Notes under the pieces: generated by a model | What the model saw: the letters and a program-made list of their open reading frames with translations, nothing else | Databases searched by the model: none | What the model was told of the DNA's origin: nothing | From: Podarcis muralis | Lineage: Eukaryota | Assembly: GCF_964188315.1 (NCBI RefSeq) | Contig: NC_135657.1 | Location: forward strand, 64,604,001 to 64,668,000 | Direction: 5' to 3' | DNA length: 64,000 nucleotides | Shown here: piece by piece, positions 61,888-64,000 of the stretch | Position numbering within the stretch: position 1 is the first letter of the stretch | Layout of the letters: every line of letters starts with the position of its first letter | Position numbers and translations under genes: made by a program

Positions 61888-62299
61888 TTAGTGTTGTGTC
61901 CCAATGTCCGGAGGATTGCATGAATGACACCCACCACATTCTCTTTTTGTTGTTATTGTTTACATTTTCTTAGGAGAGAGAGTTCAAGACAAGACATGCA
62001 AGATAGACAAAGGAACATAGCAGAGAGAAGCGAAAGGGAAGGATAGGGAAAAGATGAATATGCATCTCAAAAGTCCAATATTAAGAATCCCTTCAATAAG
62101 GCTGGAAGCCTATCCATCAGATTTTCAAGTGGAAGATAGCAGGATTCAGTTCCCTTTCTTCAAAGCAGCTGATCAGTTAGCTTTTTAAAAGTGATCCTTG
62201 TGTGTGGCCCAGGTTAACATTCTGGGACTCCTTTTGATTGGGGCCATGATCTCCTCTGATCCGAGGAATTCAAATAACTTTTATTTCTTTTTCTCTCAG

Positions 62300-62438
62300 C
62301 AGCAGCAACAGAAGAACCAGAGGTAATTCCTGACCCAGCTAAGCAGACGGATCGTGTTGTGAAAATAGCAGGGATAAGTGCAGGAATTCTGGTCTTCATT
62401 CTCCTCCTCCTCCTTGTCATATTAATTGTCAAAAAAAG
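62300..62438 (+). CDS. PTPRK: PTPRK exon 14 equivalent (139 bp), stalk and transmembrane helix (62365-62430)
   Basis: ttctctcag|CAGCAGCAACA...AAAAAAAG|gtaggt. Translates (A)AATEEPEVIPDPAKQTDRVVKIAGISAGILVFILLLLLVILIVKK. The start can shift to 62303 or 62306 (tandem CAG acceptors). Confidence 0.97.
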
Positions 62439-63267
62439 GTAGGTATCGTAAATTTGCCGTTTTCTTTTCATTGGGTGTTGTCAAGTAATCTAAAAGAATT
62501 TTTTTCACAGGACATTTCATGAAAAGCTTTGTCAGGGACTACATTCTTATTCTGAAACTAAGACATATTGCAGAGTAGGGAACTAGTATTTTAGAGTAAA
62601 TAGCAAACTTTCTGAAAAGTCCAAGGCTATTAAATGTATACAGACAATGGCATGTACAAAACATCGATGTAATTGAAATAATTTTTCTTATTTACCTACT
62701 ATCCTATTTCATAAGGTTTAAGGCAATATTGGTATTTGCATTGGCGCTAATGAGTCTGCTGTATCTAGCCAGATTGTCTTAGAAAAGATTCTATGAATTA
62801 TGTCACCTTCATTACCACCTTTGAAAATATTAGAAGGCAATAGTTAAAATCACATCACATCACCATATTTTTTCCATTGAGTTATAAGTACACAAACCTT
62901 CAAATGCAAAAGTGTATTGGCAGGAGTCTGAACAAAAACACTTTTTTTCTTAGTAATCTCCAAAGGCATGAGGAAAAAACCAATAGCGCCATCTTCTGGA
63001 ATAATAAAGAACTCAGGCAAAAAGGAATGATTGTAAAACTTCGCAGGGAATGGCTTACATGTTTCTTTTTAAATAACATTGTACTTTTAAGTGAAATATG
63101 ATTAACTTTGTTAATCTGGCATAAACTTGCATAATCATCATCAATGGATTGTTAAGGGGCTAATAAGAAATGACCGCATCCCTCTTTTCCTGCATTTTTT
63201 CTTCCTTTCAATCCCTTTTGGATGCACAAACCTCAACATTTCAGAGCAAGACAGTTTGGAGATACGA

Positions 63268-63427
63268 AACTGCTTCTACCGAGTCAGTTTCCATCTCGCC
63301 CCAGCACTGATCGCTCTGAGAGGACACAGGTCTTCAAGGTCTCAGACAGATTTCATTCCCACCCAACCTGCAGTTCCTTAACTAGAGATGCTTGAAAATG
63401 AACTTATGCTTTGCCACTAACTATGGG
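63268..63427 (-). mobile_element. Degenerate tRNA-derived SINE (related to 29410/45624)
   Basis: GAGTCAG..CCATCT...CCAGCACTG...GAGATGC...TGCTTTGCCACTAACTATGG resembles the reverse of that family. Confidence 0.45.
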
Positions 63428-64000
63428 CTGGTTCAAAAATTTTGTGCATTGCGAAGAGTTTTCTCTTTTTCAAAATTAAAAAACTCCGCAAGGTACAATT
63501 TTTTTTTGAAAGTACTTAGAACAAGGATAAATTTGTTTCTCTGTCATGTTGAAATGAAATAATTTTTCTATCCATTTTTACCAAGTAGGAAAAAAAATTA
63601 GAATTGTACCTGAAAGTCATATATGTCTAAATGGTTTCCATTAGATTTTTTTTTTTTTAATTTTTTGCCTTTTTACAATTACCCCCTGGAGATATATAAC
63701 ATGGAGAAGAAACGTCTGCATTAGAAACCTTAGGTATGCTTATAGTGTTCTGTGTTAGTTAGATACATATGTGATTTTCCCAACAGTGCTTTCACTTTTT
63801 CGTTTCCTGTTGTGTACCTCTGTGCTTAAGAATAAACATAATACTGTAGGGCAATTCATATTAAAGTGACAAAAAGCCCGACTTTATTAGGCATTCATGC
63901 AAACTAAGTTGCTGATTTTTAAAGTCCCAATCTCTGCTGAATCTAAAAATAATTTATTGTTAGGGTTGCAAAGATATTTCAGTAGGGAATGTCCTTAGAA

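Larger units (their letters stand above)
1..64000 (+). other. PTPRK: Partial PTPRK gene body: window starts in the intron before the exon-8 equivalent and ends in the intron after the TM exon
   Basis: Seven spliced exons give a continuous ORF matching recalled vertebrate PTPRK (EPMRTPKTLKIAEIQARR...AAATEEPEVIPDPAKQTDRVVKIAGISAG...). Introns are 4681, 2239, 3809, 5642, 2944 and 22152 bp. Confidence 0.97.

Noticed and set aside
61974-62020. Strong-looking acceptor 330 bp before the TM exon (possible secreted-isoform exon)
   Set aside because: It hits TAG after 15 codons, I found no convincing donor or nearby poly(A) signal, and T-rich tracts like this are common.

Overview
Squamate (probably lacertid lizard, inferred from the SINE families) genomic DNA lying entirely inside one + strand gene, PTPRK (receptor tyrosine phosphatase kappa, R2B subfamily). 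Seven coding exons are present, equivalent to human exons 8-14 (numbering recalled from the human gene). They encode FN3 repeats 2-4, the RTKR furin site and the transmembrane helix, and all have GT-AG junctions with consistent phases. The introns are filled with transposon-derived DNA: Tc2-, Tigger- and hAT-type MITEs, a full-length but inactivated 1.6 kb Tc1 (DD34E, IR/DR) element, a solo LTR, CR1/L2/Bov-B/L1 fragments and tRNA-derived SINEs. Most notable: (1) a 17-copy 102-bp satellite whose unit is itself a 48-bp imperfect palindrome, grown inside a Tc2-type MITE; (2) a candidate 30-nt in-frame cassette microexon (35991-36020) just upstream of the furin-site exon, with a possible stop-bearing exon next to it; (3) a two-codon deletion in the exon-11 equivalent; (4) the Tc1 copy, which resembles fish/amphibian elements and sits in a GATA microsatellite. 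No database searches were run. Family names come from recognised motifs and recalled consensus sequences, and I see no strong evidence for a wholly new biological system beyond these candidates.
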